Position numbers and translations under genes: made by a program. Positions 24,914 through 33,192 of a stretch of 38,701 bases of DNA are shown in pieces. A model generated the notes under the pieces. The model worked only from the letters and a program-made list of their open reading frames with translations. It had not been told where the DNA came from and did no database searches. The stretch is from contig CAMNVD010000002.1 of NCBI GenBank assembly GCA_946562005.1, positions 1 through 38,701 on the forward strand. The letters are read 5' to 3'. How positions within the stretch are numbered: the first letter of the stretch is position 1; every line of letters begins with the position of its first letter. The stretch comes from an uncultured Clostridia bacterium (lineage in GTDB: Bacteria; Bacillota; Dehalobacteriia; UBA4068; JAAVYR01).

Positions 24914-26447
24914 GGCGGCGGCTTATTGTCGGGTATCTACTGAAAAAGACGAACAGCTTAATTCTCTAGCCAATCAACAGCAGTTTTTTCGCCATTACAT
25001 AGAAGGGCGCCCTGATTGGGAGTTAACAGATATCTATGTAGACGAGGGAGCTTCTGGTACTGCTGTGGGCCATCGTCCAGGTTTCTTAAAAATGCTGGCG
25101 GCGGGAAAAGCTGGTGAATTCCAGATTTTACTTACCAAAGAAATCAGCCGTTTTGCCCGTAATACATTAGATAGTATCTACTATACCCGCAAGCTAAAGG
25201 AATGGGGTGTCGGTGTTATTTTCCTCAATGATAATATTCATACTCTGGACCCTGATGCAGAGTTACGCTTAACCATTATGGCTTCTATTGCCCAGGAGGA
25301 AAGCCGCAAAACCTCTGAACGGGTAAAGTGGGGGCAGCGGCGACAGATGGAAAAGGGCGTTGTCTTTGGTCATGGTCTCCTTGGTTATCAGTTACAGCAG
25401 GGGCGGCTGGAGATAGAAGAAAGCGGTGCGGCCATCGTCCGGCAAATCTTTGAAAAATATGCCTGGGAGCAGAAGGGGGCATCTGTCATTGCCCGTGAAC
25501 TGACGGAAGCAGGGATTCCCACGCCAAGTGGAGGACAGGGATGGTCCCATAATGTGGTATTGAAAATCTTGAAAAATGAAAAATACATGGGAGATTTGGT
25601 GCAAAAAAAAACCTATACCCCTAGTTATCTCACGCATAAAAAGAAAATCAATCAAGGGGCGGAACCTTTGGTTATCTTGGAACAGCATCACCCGCCTATT
25701 ATCTCTCCAGAGCTCTTTGCTGCTGTTGCGGCAATTCTTGCGGAACGAGGGAAAGGGCAGAAAGAGGGGCGTCGTTATTCCCGAAGTTATTGTTTCTCGG
25801 GAAAGCTCTACTGCGGACAGTGTGGCAGTCGGTTGGTGGCGCGAACCAAGAAAAAAGGAGAGCACGTCTATCTATATTGGCAGTGCTATGCGAAAACAAA
25901 AAAAGGTAGCGCTATCTGTCCTAGTGCCACCCTGAGTCAGTCTTATTTGGAGCTAGTCATTTTACAGGCTATGAGAGAGGTTATGGCTTTGGTGGGACGG
26001 GAGCCTGTTTGGCAGCAAACTATGGTAGCGTTTTATGATGGTATCAAGCAGGTCTTGCAGCGGGAGGATGGCGGTGCCCGACAGAAGGAGCAGTGGCAGA
26101 GGCGTCTATCCCAGTTGGAGCTGGAACAGCAAAAGCTACTCCATCTGCACTTGCAGGCCCATATATCAGAAGAAGTATTTCTCCGGGAAAATACGATTTA
26201 TCGGAAAAAAGTCAAAGAGCTACAAGCAAAAATAGAGAGTAGTTGCCTAACGGAGAAGGACGATGATAAAGATAAAATGGCTGCAATCATCCATAAATGT
26301 CAGGAGATTTTAACCAGTGAGGTGTTTATAGATAGCTTTTATCGAGAAATATTAGAAAGAGTGGACATAGAAGATAAAGACCGAATGACCATATATTTTT
26401 CCGGTTTCCCTTGGGGTATCCGCTACAGGGGGCCGCTGGATAGCTAG
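24906..26447 (+). CDS. Large serine recombinase (513 aa)
   Basis: AAYCRVSTEKDEQLNSLANQ holds the catalytic Ser. Also present are LLTKEISRFARN, a recombinase domain, a zinc ribbon (CGQCGS...C...C) and a C-terminal coiled coil. TTG start. The stop lies 32 bp from the right core repeat. Confidence 0.9.
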   Translation: MIKAAAYCRVSTEKDEQLNSLANQQQFFRHYIEGRPDWELTDIYVDEGASGTAVGHRPGFLKMLAAGKAGEFQILLTKEISRFARNTLDSIYYTRKLKEWGVGVIFLNDNIHTLDPDAELRLTIMASIAQEESRKTSERVKWGQRRQMEKGVVFGHGLLGYQLQQGRLEIEESGAAIVRQIFEKYAWEQKGASVIARELTEAGIPTPSGGQGWSHNVVLKILKNEKYMGDLVQKKTYTPSYLTHKKKINQGAEPLVILEQHHPPIISPELFAAVAAILAERGKGQKEGRRYSRSYCFSGKLYCGQCGSRLVARTKKKGEHVYLYWQCYAKTKKGSAICPSATLSQSYLELVILQAMREVMALVGREPVWQQTMVAFYDGIKQVLQREDGGARQKEQWQRRLSQLELEQQKLLHLHLQAHISEEVFLRENTIYRKKVKELQAKIESSCLTEKDDDKDKMAAIIHKCQEILTSEVFIDSFYREILERVDIEDKDRMTIYFSGFPWGIRYRGPLDS

Positions 26448-26478
26448 GAAAATTTTATTTTTTTCTTCATTTTAGGCA

Positions 26479-26487
26479 TTCTGTACC
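26479..26487. repeat. Right copy of the 9-bp core TTCTGTACC
   Basis: Identical to 21852-21860. Confidence 0.7.
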
Positions 26488-26670
26488 GATATCGGTCAGT
26501 AACCCTTTGCAAACGTCATCGGTCATAGAATACCGTTGCGATAAGTAGCGAAGGGAAGCGGCAAGCTCCCCGTCCGGTCCGCCATATTGGCTAATGATGT
26601 AGCTAGCCAAAGCAGGATTTGGGTTTTTGATATTGATGGGAAACTGTAATTTCTTTTCATATTGCCACAT
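26479..26670 (-). CDS. cotJC: cotJC 5' segment (N-terminal 64 codons; split gene, runs into element DNA and stops at 26467)
   Basis: MWQYEKKLQFPINIKNPNPALASYIISQYGGPDGELAASLRYLSQRYSMTDDVCKGLLTDIGTE matches the CotJC N-terminus (MWVYEKKLQYP...QYGG.DGELAA.LRYL.QRY...LLTDIGTE). Three foreign codons (CLK) and a stop follow. Confidence 0.85.
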
Positions 26671-26685
26671 AAACAGATACCTCCT

Positions 26686-26949
26686 TTAGTTTTCCCAGGG
26701 CCAAGGGCCTGCAAGCCAAGTCCACTGGTCTTTGGCTTTTACTTTACTGGAGCACAGCGCACCGAAGTGTTCCTCATAGCGGGCTTTGGCCTGTTCGCAT
26801 TTGACTTGGATATCACGGTACATATCTAGCGCTTCGCAATCGTTGGGATGGGTATCTAAAAATAAAATCAATTCATTGAGAACAAAGTCATATTCCATGA
26901 CTTCTTTTAACAATTTTTTTCTATCTGGTGTGCTAGCCACGGCGTCCAT
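26686..26949 (-). CDS. cotJB: Spore coat protein CotJB
   Basis: DFVLNELILFLDTHPND...GPWPWEN matches the CotJB signature (LYLDTHPDD...PWPW). Confidence 0.85.
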   Translation of the reverse strand: MDAVASTPDRKKLLKEVMEYDFVLNELILFLDTHPNDCEALDMYRDIQVKCEQAKARYEEHFGALCSSKVKAKDQWTWLAGPWPWEN

Positions 26950-27121
26950 CCCCCTTCATAGTGCCCATGGGGTCTTGATAGACGGACATGGGCAGGTATA
27001 GGATAGGGAACAATGTCCCCTTTTCTAATGCTTCTTCTGGTTTGTAGGTGGTGTCGAATTTTTGCGGCGGCACATAGGTATAGCCGGGGCGCATGACTAC
27101 TACTCTGCGTGATTCTTCCAT
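26933..27121 (-). CDS. cotJA: Spore coat-associated protein CotJA
   Basis: 62 aa with the PEEALEKGTLFPILY motif typical of CotJA. A GGAGA SD precedes it. It is the first gene of the cotJ operon and overlaps cotJB. Confidence 0.8.
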   Translation of the reverse strand: MEESRRVVVMRPGYTYVPPQKFDTTYKPEEALEKGTLFPILYLPMSVYQDPMGTMKGDGRRG

Positions 27122-27372
27122 TTGTTTTGTCTCCTTTCCTTTTTCTTTTGTCTGCTTCGGACAATTACAGTATATGTAAGTAAAACGGCTGCGGTGCGGA
27201 GAGAGTTTTTTCCTGCCACTGAAAAAGATGGTGAATCACGCAACCAAATACTGTGGTAAAATAGTAGGGTACAAAAGAATAGGGAAAAGAAAAAGCACCA
27301 AGGTTCAAGAGAACCAGAGTGCTTTTTTTATACCCCAAAAGAGGTGATTGTAATGGAAATTTAATCGCAAAG

Positions 27373-27400
27373 AGATTCTTTGCTAGTGCTCAGAATGACA
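27373..27400 (+). repeat. Dispersed intergenic repeat, copy C
   Basis: agattctttgctagtgctcagaatgaca, about 32 nt upstream of the ATG at 27432. Confidence 0.55.
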
Positions 27401-27431
27401 AAAAGAAAAAGGAAAAAAGCGGAGGTAGTGT

Positions 27432-28634
27432 ATGATGAAAAACTATAGACCAAAAAATATTGCAGAATTTGTTCGGATTGTGCGTCCTGCAAGTTATCGG
27501 GCGGCATTAACAATGCACCAGGAAAATGAAATCAAACAATGGATAGACCGGCATGGGCATTATTGGCAGCCGGGGGTTAGTGATATGTTAATCAATGATA
27601 GAAATTTAAATAGAAAACAGTTAGATTTGCAAAAGGAGGCTATTATATCCATGTTTGAGACTTGGCCGGATTATTATTGGCAGTTTCTAGTGGATAGCAG
27701 CACTTTAGACCCGCCGGAGCCGCTGATTGCTTGTCGGACCTTGAGCCAATTAGAGAAACGGCTAAACCCAATCCCGCCGGCACCTTATCTTGTAATTAGT
27801 ATGGCCGGCAGTTATAATAATAAAATATATAGTAATGCCATTAGTCTGTTGCAGGAGAAATTAAATGTACGGATAACCGGTCTTTATGATTGGGATACAG
27901 CAGTGGCTGTTTCCAAAAAGATAGGAAACGTGGTGCCGGACGGTGTAGGGTACTTTGCCCACGAGGTATACCCACAGATGCTGTTTCGCTATGATGATAC
28001 TTGGTTGATTTATGGCATAGACAGGGACCTATGGCTAAAGCTGGGAATGGATGAAAATGATTTGGTGCCGGATGATGCTACTTATTGGCAAACAGGCAGT
28101 CCCATGATAGGAGAAACTACCAAAGAAATCTATGAAATAGGTGGCTATGGCCTTAACACTGCTGTGCGAAATTGGGAAAAAGCAAACGAAACAATTGAAG
28201 ATGTTCGTGTATTAAATTCCAATGAAATTAGAATCAAAACCAATCGTCCAGTTGGAGAGGTATGGAGCGCTTTGAGCACGGCTTTTTCCATGGTATCTAC
28301 AGCAGAGGAAATGGTGCAAGAAGGTATTCATGATCCTAGCGCTATTGCCACAGAAGTCGTTATTACCGGAGTGCAAGAAGTAGTGTCTGGTAAAGTTGCA
28401 GAAAAAGCAGTTACCTTTACATTAAAAATCGTTTTTGGTTCTACTGGGGCAGGGGCTTTTTATATAGTTACGGCGATTGCCTTAGATTGGCTATTTGGGC
28501 AATATATTGACGATTTAACGGAAAAGGTTGTACAGTTTTTCCGAGAGGACTTTATCCCATTGATGAATCAGTATAGCTTGGGGTTGCAGGAAAGCCATGA
28601 ACGAGATATTGAGGCTGGTATTCGGCTAGATTAA
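27432..28634 (+). CDS. Hypothetical 400-aa protein with a hydrophobic Gly-rich C-terminal module ending EAGIRLD (toxin-like)
   Basis: A GGAGG SD precedes it. The C-terminal ~110 aa (…KIVFGSTGAGAFYIVTAIALDWLFG…SHERDIEAGIRLD) are related to the 130-aa ORF 29393-29785. A weak PG-binding-like stretch (LLQEKLNVRITGLYDWDTAVAV) is also present. Confidence 0.6.
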   Translation: MMKNYRPKNIAEFVRIVRPASYRAALTMHQENEIKQWIDRHGHYWQPGVSDMLINDRNLNRKQLDLQKEAIISMFETWPDYYWQFLVDSSTLDPPEPLIACRTLSQLEKRLNPIPPAPYLVISMAGSYNNKIYSNAISLLQEKLNVRITGLYDWDTAVAVSKKIGNVVPDGVGYFAHEVYPQMLFRYDDTWLIYGIDRDLWLKLGMDENDLVPDDATYWQTGSPMIGETTKEIYEIGGYGLNTAVRNWEKANETIEDVRVLNSNEIRIKTNRPVGEVWSALSTAFSMVSTAEEMVQEGIHDPSAIATEVVITGVQEVVSGKVAEKAVTFTLKIVFGSTGAGAFYIVTAIALDWLFGQYIDDLTEKVVQFFREDFIPLMNQYSLGLQESHERDIEAGIRLD

Positions 28635-28659
28635 AAAATCCGAAAGGATATGATGGAAA

Positions 28660-29343
28660 ATGGAAAAACCTTGGCGGGAAAAACTGCCAAAGTCGCAAAA
28701 AAGACAATGGTTAGATGAATACCCAGAAATAATGAAGAATATTCCGGGCACAGAAGAACGAGTTGCTTCTTTTTGGGTACGGCAATTAAGAGATACGCCG
28801 CTTCGAGCGATATTGATTATCATTGGTGCTTTGCCGATATTTCTTTTTTTCGAGAAACGGCATGGTAGAATACCGCCAATCATAGAAGTAAGTGAATTCG
28901 TAAAAGCCGGAAGTGCCATTTTCTTTCTTGTGATATTAGGCAGCATATTATATATAGGGCGCAAGGAAAAAGGTCATATTGACATTTATCCTGAAATGGT
29001 AGTGTTTTATGACTATGATCATAACCAAAAGAAAGCCCGTCCCACTCGCTTTTATCATTGGAAAGATGTGGTGCAGTACCACGGAAAAGACCCTTATCTT
29101 TGGCTTCATTCCCGGGAAACATTACCTGTCAATACAGTTATTTCTATAAAAAAACTTCGTCCTTATTTAAAGCAATATGCGCCACAAGCGAAGGAAGCAA
29201 TCTTTTATATGAAAGATTATTGGAAAATGGTAGAAAAAAATGCGGATAGACATAGCAGCTCGGAGGAGGTAACCATAGAAGCAGCAATGGCAGCCAACCG
29301 GGAAAAAGCCGAAGACCGCTGGAAGAAATATCCGGAGGAATAA
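28660..29343 (+). CDS. 2-TM membrane protein with PH-like cytoplasmic domain (immunity-like), paralogue 1
   Basis: WLDEYPEI, two hydrophobic helices, IDIYPEMVVFYDYD, HWKDVVQYH and YAPQAKEA all recur in the ORF 29813-30553. Confidence 0.6.
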   Translation: MEKPWREKLPKSQKRQWLDEYPEIMKNIPGTEERVASFWVRQLRDTPLRAILIIIGALPIFLFFEKRHGRIPPIIEVSEFVKAGSAIFFLVILGSILYIGRKEKGHIDIYPEMVVFYDYDHNQKKARPTRFYHWKDVVQYHGKDPYLWLHSRETLPVNTVISIKKLRPYLKQYAPQAKEAIFYMKDYWKMVEKNADRHSSSEEVTIEAAMAANREKAEDRWKKYPEE

Positions 29344-29346
29344 AAA

Positions 29347-29385
29347 AGGACCTGCCTAACGTACTGTTTAGACAGGTCCTTTTTG
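29347..29385 (+). terminator. Rho-independent terminator
   Basis: aggacctgcctaa / ttagacaggtcct stem (one mismatch) followed by tttt. The 3' arm recurs at 30552-30570. Confidence 0.75.
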
Positions 29386-29392
29386 GGGACGA

Positions 29393-29785
29393 GTGACAGC
29401 GGACATTCTGGGAACAGTATTGAAAAGGTTAGGTACAATCTTTCAATTTGCTGAACCTATTGAAGCGAACCTTACTGCTGATGAAGTAGACCTGGGTAAA
29501 ATGGTTAAAGAAATAGGAATAGTAGGCGTGGAAGTGACTGTTGCTACACCATTAGCAGCGGGATTGATTGGGTGGATGACATTAGAGTTTGGATTGAATG
29601 ATGGTACTACTTGGTGGCATACGGTCCGAAATGTCGGAATAAAATTTGGTGCAGAAACGGGTGTCTTTTGGGGGGTATCAGAAACTGTAGAATACATTTT
29701 TACCAAGGAGTTTTGGGACAATGTGAGTACTTATCTTCAAGAAGAACATCGTAAAGACTTGGAAGCAGGTATCCGGATGGACTAG
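29393..29785 (+). CDS. Orphan C-terminal toxin-like module (130 aa, GTG start, no convincing SD or promoter)
   Basis: It ends HRKDLEAGIRMD, compared with HERDIEAGIRLD in the 400-aa protein. It has hydrophobic Gly-rich helices. The ORF starts 8 nt after a strong terminator. Confidence 0.4.
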   Translation: MTADILGTVLKRLGTIFQFAEPIEANLTADEVDLGKMVKEIGIVGVEVTVATPLAAGLIGWMTLEFGLNDGTTWWHTVRNVGIKFGAETGVFWGVSETVEYIFTKEFWDNVSTYLQEEHRKDLEAGIRMD

Positions 29786-29812
29786 GTTAGAAGGGAAAGG
29801 ATGTGACAGCGA

Positions 29813-30553
29813 ATGGCAGTGTTTCATAATGAGAAACGACCTTGGTTAGATGATGACCCTGAGATTGAAGACCGGCTATGGGTAGATAAAAAACAGGAAG
29901 AAATTGCAAAAATCTTGCCGAAAGAAGGGTGTGTTGACCGTATACCTATTCGTTGCCATAATTATTGGGTTCCCTGTGTTGCACTAGTCTTATCTTTGTT
30001 AATTGCGGGGCGTAGTGGTTTTTTGGTACCTTTTGATATAGTGTTGCGTTACTGGACATTTCTTCTTGCGCTTGTTGCTATATTCTGGCCTTTAGAAGCC
30101 TTTATTTTTCGTAATGCATGGGGTTATATTGAAATTTACTCAGAAATGTTTGTAATTTATGAATATAATAGTAGGCACAAAAACCTTTATTTGGCTGAAT
30201 ACTACAGTTGGAAAGATGTTACCCGATATGACCATGGGATGGATGGCATCCGTATTGATTTTGTATCCGGGCAATATGTTTGTTTTAAGGCAAAGAAAAA
30301 AGAATTTTACCCATATTTATTGCGATATGCACCACAAGCGAAAAAGCTGACCCGTGAGGAACGAAAGCTGAGGGCAAAGGCGCAACAGCAGGAGCAGAAA
30401 AAGCGCAAAGAGAAATGGAAAAAGGAAAATGCAGAATATCTGTGCCAAATAAAAGAATATAATGCGAAAAAGAAAGCACTAATAGAAGAAGCTCGACGGA
30501 AAGCCCAGCAAGAACAGGAGAAAAACCATAAAAAAGACCTGTCTAATTTATAA
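29813..30553 (+). CDS. 2-TM membrane protein with PH-like domain (immunity-like), paralogue 2, with Lys/Glu-rich tail
   Basis: WLDDDPEI, IEIYSEMFVIYEYN, SWKDVTRYDH and YAPQAKKL parallel the ORF 28660-29343. Confidence 0.6.
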   Translation: MAVFHNEKRPWLDDDPEIEDRLWVDKKQEEIAKILPKEGCVDRIPIRCHNYWVPCVALVLSLLIAGRSGFLVPFDIVLRYWTFLLALVAIFWPLEAFIFRNAWGYIEIYSEMFVIYEYNSRHKNLYLAEYYSWKDVTRYDHGMDGIRIDFVSGQYVCFKAKKKEFYPYLLRYAPQAKKLTREERKLRAKAQQQEQKKRKEKWKKENAEYLCQIKEYNAKKKALIEEARRKAQQEQEKNHKKDLSNL

Positions 30554-30571
30554 TTAGACAGGTCCTTTTTG
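30536..30571. terminator. Bidirectional terminator shared by the cassette (+) and the tRNA operon (-)
   Basis: gacctgtctaatt / aattagacaggtc form a 13-bp stem with A-run and T-run flanks. Confidence 0.7.
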
Positions 30572-30573
30572 TT

Positions 30574-30650
30574 TGGTGACGCGTATGGGATTCGAACCCA
30601 TGGATGCCAGCGTGAAAGGCTGGTGAGTTAAGCCACTTCTCCAACGCGCC
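30574..30650 (-). tRNA. tRNA-Glu (anticodon TTC)
   Basis: The reverse complement GGCGCGTTGGAGAAGTGGCTTAACTCACCAGCCTTTCACGCTGGCATCCATGGGTTCGAATCCCATACGCGTCACCA folds as a cloverleaf. The anticodon loop is CTTTCAC. Confidence 0.9.
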
Positions 30651-30655
30651 ATAGA

Positions 30656-30731
30656 TGGTAGCGGTGAGTGGATTTGAACCACTGACACCCCGGGTATGAA
30701 CCGAGTGCTCTGACCACTGAGCTACACCGCC
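30656..30731 (-). tRNA. tRNA-Met (anticodon CAT; elongator-like, Ile2/lysidine type not excluded)
   Basis: The reverse complement GGCGGTGTAGCTCAGTGGTCAGAGCACTCGGTTCATACCCGGGGTGTCAGTGGTTCAAATCCACTCACCGCTACCA folds as a cloverleaf. The anticodon loop is TTCATAC. Confidence 0.9.
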
Positions 30732-30750
30732 ATTTCTTGCGTGCCATATC

Positions 30751-30779
30751 ATTATGCAGTATCCTAGGAAAAATGTCAA
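30751..30779 (-). promoter_or_regulatory. Sigma-A type promoter of the tRNA-Met/tRNA-Glu operon
   Basis: On the minus strand: TTGACA (30779-30774), a 17-nt spacer, then CATAAT (30756-30751). Confidence 0.6.
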
Positions 30780-30784
30780 TAGCA

Positions 30785-30825
30785 AAAAATAAATTTCCTG
30801 ACGAGCAGGAAATTTATTTTATTTA
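30785..30825. terminator. Bidirectional hairpin terminator
   Basis: aaataaatttcctg / caggaaatttattt stem with A/T-run flanks. It lies downstream of the DMT gene on the minus strand. Confidence 0.7.
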
Positions 30826-30832
30826 TAAAGCG

Positions 30833-31276
30833 TTATTTATAGAGCATCATCTTACCGCCAATGGCAAGAATGGCAATGCCCAAAAGCCGCCACCAGTGGA
30901 AAGGCACCCGCTCCATGCCAAACAGCCCAAACATATCAATGAGAAAAGCCATACCCACTTGCCCGATGATAATAGCGGTGGTAGAGTTTGCAGCGCCGAT
31001 AGAAGGGATGGACCACATCACGCCATAGATAATCAATACATTTAGGATACCGCCTAAGTAGCTATACCAGGGGGCTTCGCCCATTTTGCTCAAATCTCCT
31101 TTGCCTAGGCCTAACAAAAACAAACAAACCATGACAACGGCTAGGGCAATAACGTGCATAATGAAAGAGCCCTCTAATACACCGACAACTTTACCCAGGG
31201 CGCCATTGATGGTGCCTTGCACTGCCATGAGCACGCCAGCTGCGGCGGCCACGCCCAGAAAAAACGGAAAACTCAT
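30833..31276 (-). CDS. DMT superfamily membrane protein (DUF606/YdcZ-like)
   Basis: 147 aa with about 5 TM segments. AVQGTINGALGK is the typical YdcZ-family N-terminal motif. Confidence 0.8.
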   Translation of the reverse strand: MSFPFFLGVAAAAGVLMAVQGTINGALGKVVGVLEGSFIMHVIALAVVMVCLFLLGLGKGDLSKMGEAPWYSYLGGILNVLIIYGVMWSIPSIGAANSTTAIIIGQVGMAFLIDMFGLFGMERVPFHWWRLLGIAILAIGGKMMLYK

Positions 31277-31457
31277 AATTCACCTCAAATCATTACATCA
31301 TAATTTGTGGTTAGTATGAGCAGAAATGGATATTTTATACAGGCTTATTTGATAAGAATCTTTTTTATAGGCAGGAAATTGTCGGAAACAGGCAGAATGT
31401 TTACAAGATAATAGGGAGCGGGGAGAATTTGACAAAAAAAGGAATGGTGACTGCAAA

Positions 31458-32063
31458 ATGGTAGGCAGCGATTGGTTTTGGATAGGGTGTATCATCCTTT
31501 CCTTATTTATTGGTTGGCAGTTAGGTGTTTTTCGGGTACTGACTCGTTTGGGTGCGCCGGTCATTGCTTTTGTTGCGGCAAGGCGTTTTTCGGCTTTTGG
31601 CGGTGTACTTTTAGACCAGCAATTTGGCATTTCGGAAAAGTTAACGGAAAACGATACCATTTCCTTTTTGCAGCAGGTCCTTAGCAGCTTTTATGAAACG
31701 CCGCCTAGTATTAGCTTATGGCTGGTGCAGACTTTGGCTTTTCTTCTGATTTTCTTTTTATTCGCAAAAGGTATCAAGCTTTTGGCGGTTGTCTGGGATA
31801 AGTCGTTTGGAACTACGGTGCTGGGCACCATCGACCGGGTGCTGGGGGCAATCATCAGCTTTTTTATTTTTGCGCTTGTGGCGGTATTCTTTTACCTTCA
31901 TTTTCTTCCAGCGTTTTTGGATAATTCGGACTGGCAGGGATGGGTGTGGCTATGGCAGCAGACCCAATACTCTCTCTGGGTTTGGCCGGCTTTAGAAACA
32001 TTAGCCGGTAGTCTTATCCAAACGGCCCAGGACACCTACAACCAATGGTTTTTTAATGAATAA
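31458..32063 (+). CDS. CvpA-family-like membrane protein
   Basis: 201 aa with 4-5 TM segments. The N-terminal helix pattern resembles CvpA; this is a weak call. Confidence 0.5.
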   Translation: MVGSDWFWIGCIILSLFIGWQLGVFRVLTRLGAPVIAFVAARRFSAFGGVLLDQQFGISEKLTENDTISFLQQVLSSFYETPPSISLWLVQTLAFLLIFFLFAKGIKLLAVVWDKSFGTTVLGTIDRVLGAIISFFIFALVAVFFYLHFLPAFLDNSDWQGWVWLWQQTQYSLWVWPALETLAGSLIQTAQDTYNQWFFNE

Positions 32064-32103
32064 ACAGACGCTATAAAAAGTATAAGAAACGGCAGGTGAA
32101 GAA

Positions 32104-33036
32104 ATGCAGCTAGTGGCATGGTTTCAATCAATTTCTTACCCGTGGGGTGTGGTAATCTTATTCGGCGGCGCTTTGGTTATCTTATTATTGATTATTTTGC
32201 TGCTGGGGAAATCTATCTTTTCTGGTAATGGAGAAAAGGATAAAAATCTAAGTCAATGGGCAGACATGACAGAAAGCGAGCTTTTGGCCTTTTTGGCGGA
32301 GGGGACCATCACTGAAGTTTTTGCCTGTGCTGCTCAGGTTGTGCTTGAAGAGGATATGGGCAAACGGCAGGTAGTTTGCGATTATCTGAAGGAAAAACAT
32401 CTAATGAAAGAATATCTATTGCGTTTAGGTACGGAGGGTTATCCTGCTGCATATGCTGTCCGTTTATGGCCATACTTAAAAGAGGATAGCTATTATAAGT
32501 TACTATTAGAAAAGTTTCGGTTAAAATGTTCCTTGGACGAGCAATTAGCTGCCAAAGAATTTTTTGAAGCGGTGCGGGATACGGTGGCTTTGCCGTATTT
32601 ATTACAAGGTGTGGTGCAACCGGAGCGGTATGTCCTTTCTCGGATTGCCGAAGCGTTGGTACCCCTGGGAGCGGTAGCAGGAAAGGCGCTGACGGCGCTG
32701 CTCTCTATGGTAAGCGCACAGACTGCCTCTGGGGTATTGGCTATCTTAGAGCAGATGCCAGGGCAGTTTCCTATGGAGCCGGTCTTAGCTTGTATGAATC
32801 ACGAAGAATGGACCATTCGTATGGCTGCTATCCATGTTCTAGCTGGGCAAAAGACAGCTGCGCCTCAGTTGGTGCCGGCATTAGACGACAAGCAATGGCA
32901 AGTGCGAGCAGCGGCGGTGAAGGCTCTAGGCGAAATGCACTGTTATCCTGCAAAAGATAAAATCCGCAGTATGCTAGCAGATGAGAGCAAAGGTGTGCGT
33001 ATTGCTGTCGAAAAGGCGATTCAGAAGTTATCCTAA
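32104..33036 (+). CDS. HEAT-repeat protein with N-terminal TM anchor
   Basis: The C-terminal repeats EEWTIRMAAIHVLAG / DDKQWQVRAAAVKALGE / DESKGVRIAVEKAI are PBS-lyase-type HEAT repeats. Confidence 0.7.
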   Translation: MQLVAWFQSISYPWGVVILFGGALVILLLIILLLGKSIFSGNGEKDKNLSQWADMTESELLAFLAEGTITEVFACAAQVVLEEDMGKRQVVCDYLKEKHLMKEYLLRLGTEGYPAAYAVRLWPYLKEDSYYKLLLEKFRLKCSLDEQLAAKEFFEAVRDTVALPYLLQGVVQPERYVLSRIAEALVPLGAVAGKALTALLSMVSAQTASGVLAILEQMPGQFPMEPVLACMNHEEWTIRMAAIHVLAGQKTAAPQLVPALDDKQWQVRAAAVKALGEMHCYPAKDKIRSMLADESKGVRIAVEKAIQKLS

Positions 33037-33037
33037 A

Positions 33038-33064
33038 AGATTCTTCGCTGTGCTCAGAATGACA
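33038..33064 (+). repeat. Dispersed intergenic repeat, copy D
   Basis: agattcttcgctgtgctcagaatgaca. Its 3' half is then tandemly amplified. Confidence 0.6.
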
Positions 33065-33120
33065 AGTGGGCTGCGCTCAGAATGACAAGCGGGCTGCGCT
33101 CAGAATGACAGGTGGGCTTC
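33052..33120 (+). repeat. 3 x 23-bp direct tandem repeat
   Basis: The three units are gctcagaatgacaagtgggctgc, gctcagaatgacaagcgggctgc and gctcagaatgacaggtgggcttc. They are contiguous, with no spacers. Confidence 0.85.
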
Positions 33121-33192
33121 GCCCTGCGTGACATACGATGCCACGGAGTGTGTGAGAACTTCGATGGAATAAAAGAAAAATCAGGTGAGAGC

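Noticed and set aside
27165-27330. Possible small RNA or 39-aa ORF between cotJA and the 400-aa gene (TGgTAAAAT at about 27252-27260, hairpin-terminator at about 27292-27330)
   Set aside because: There is only an extended -10-like element without a -35, the ORF has no SD, and nothing is conserved that I can verify. It is too weak to call.
30543-30785. 80-aa minus-strand ORF
   Set aside because: It lies entirely over the tRNA-Glu and tRNA-Met genes and their promoter, so it is an artefact of translating structured RNA genes.
33052-33120. Possible CRISPR array
   Set aside because: The three 23-bp units are directly contiguous with no spacers. They are too short and too few, and no cas genes are nearby. 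This is a simple tandem repeat.
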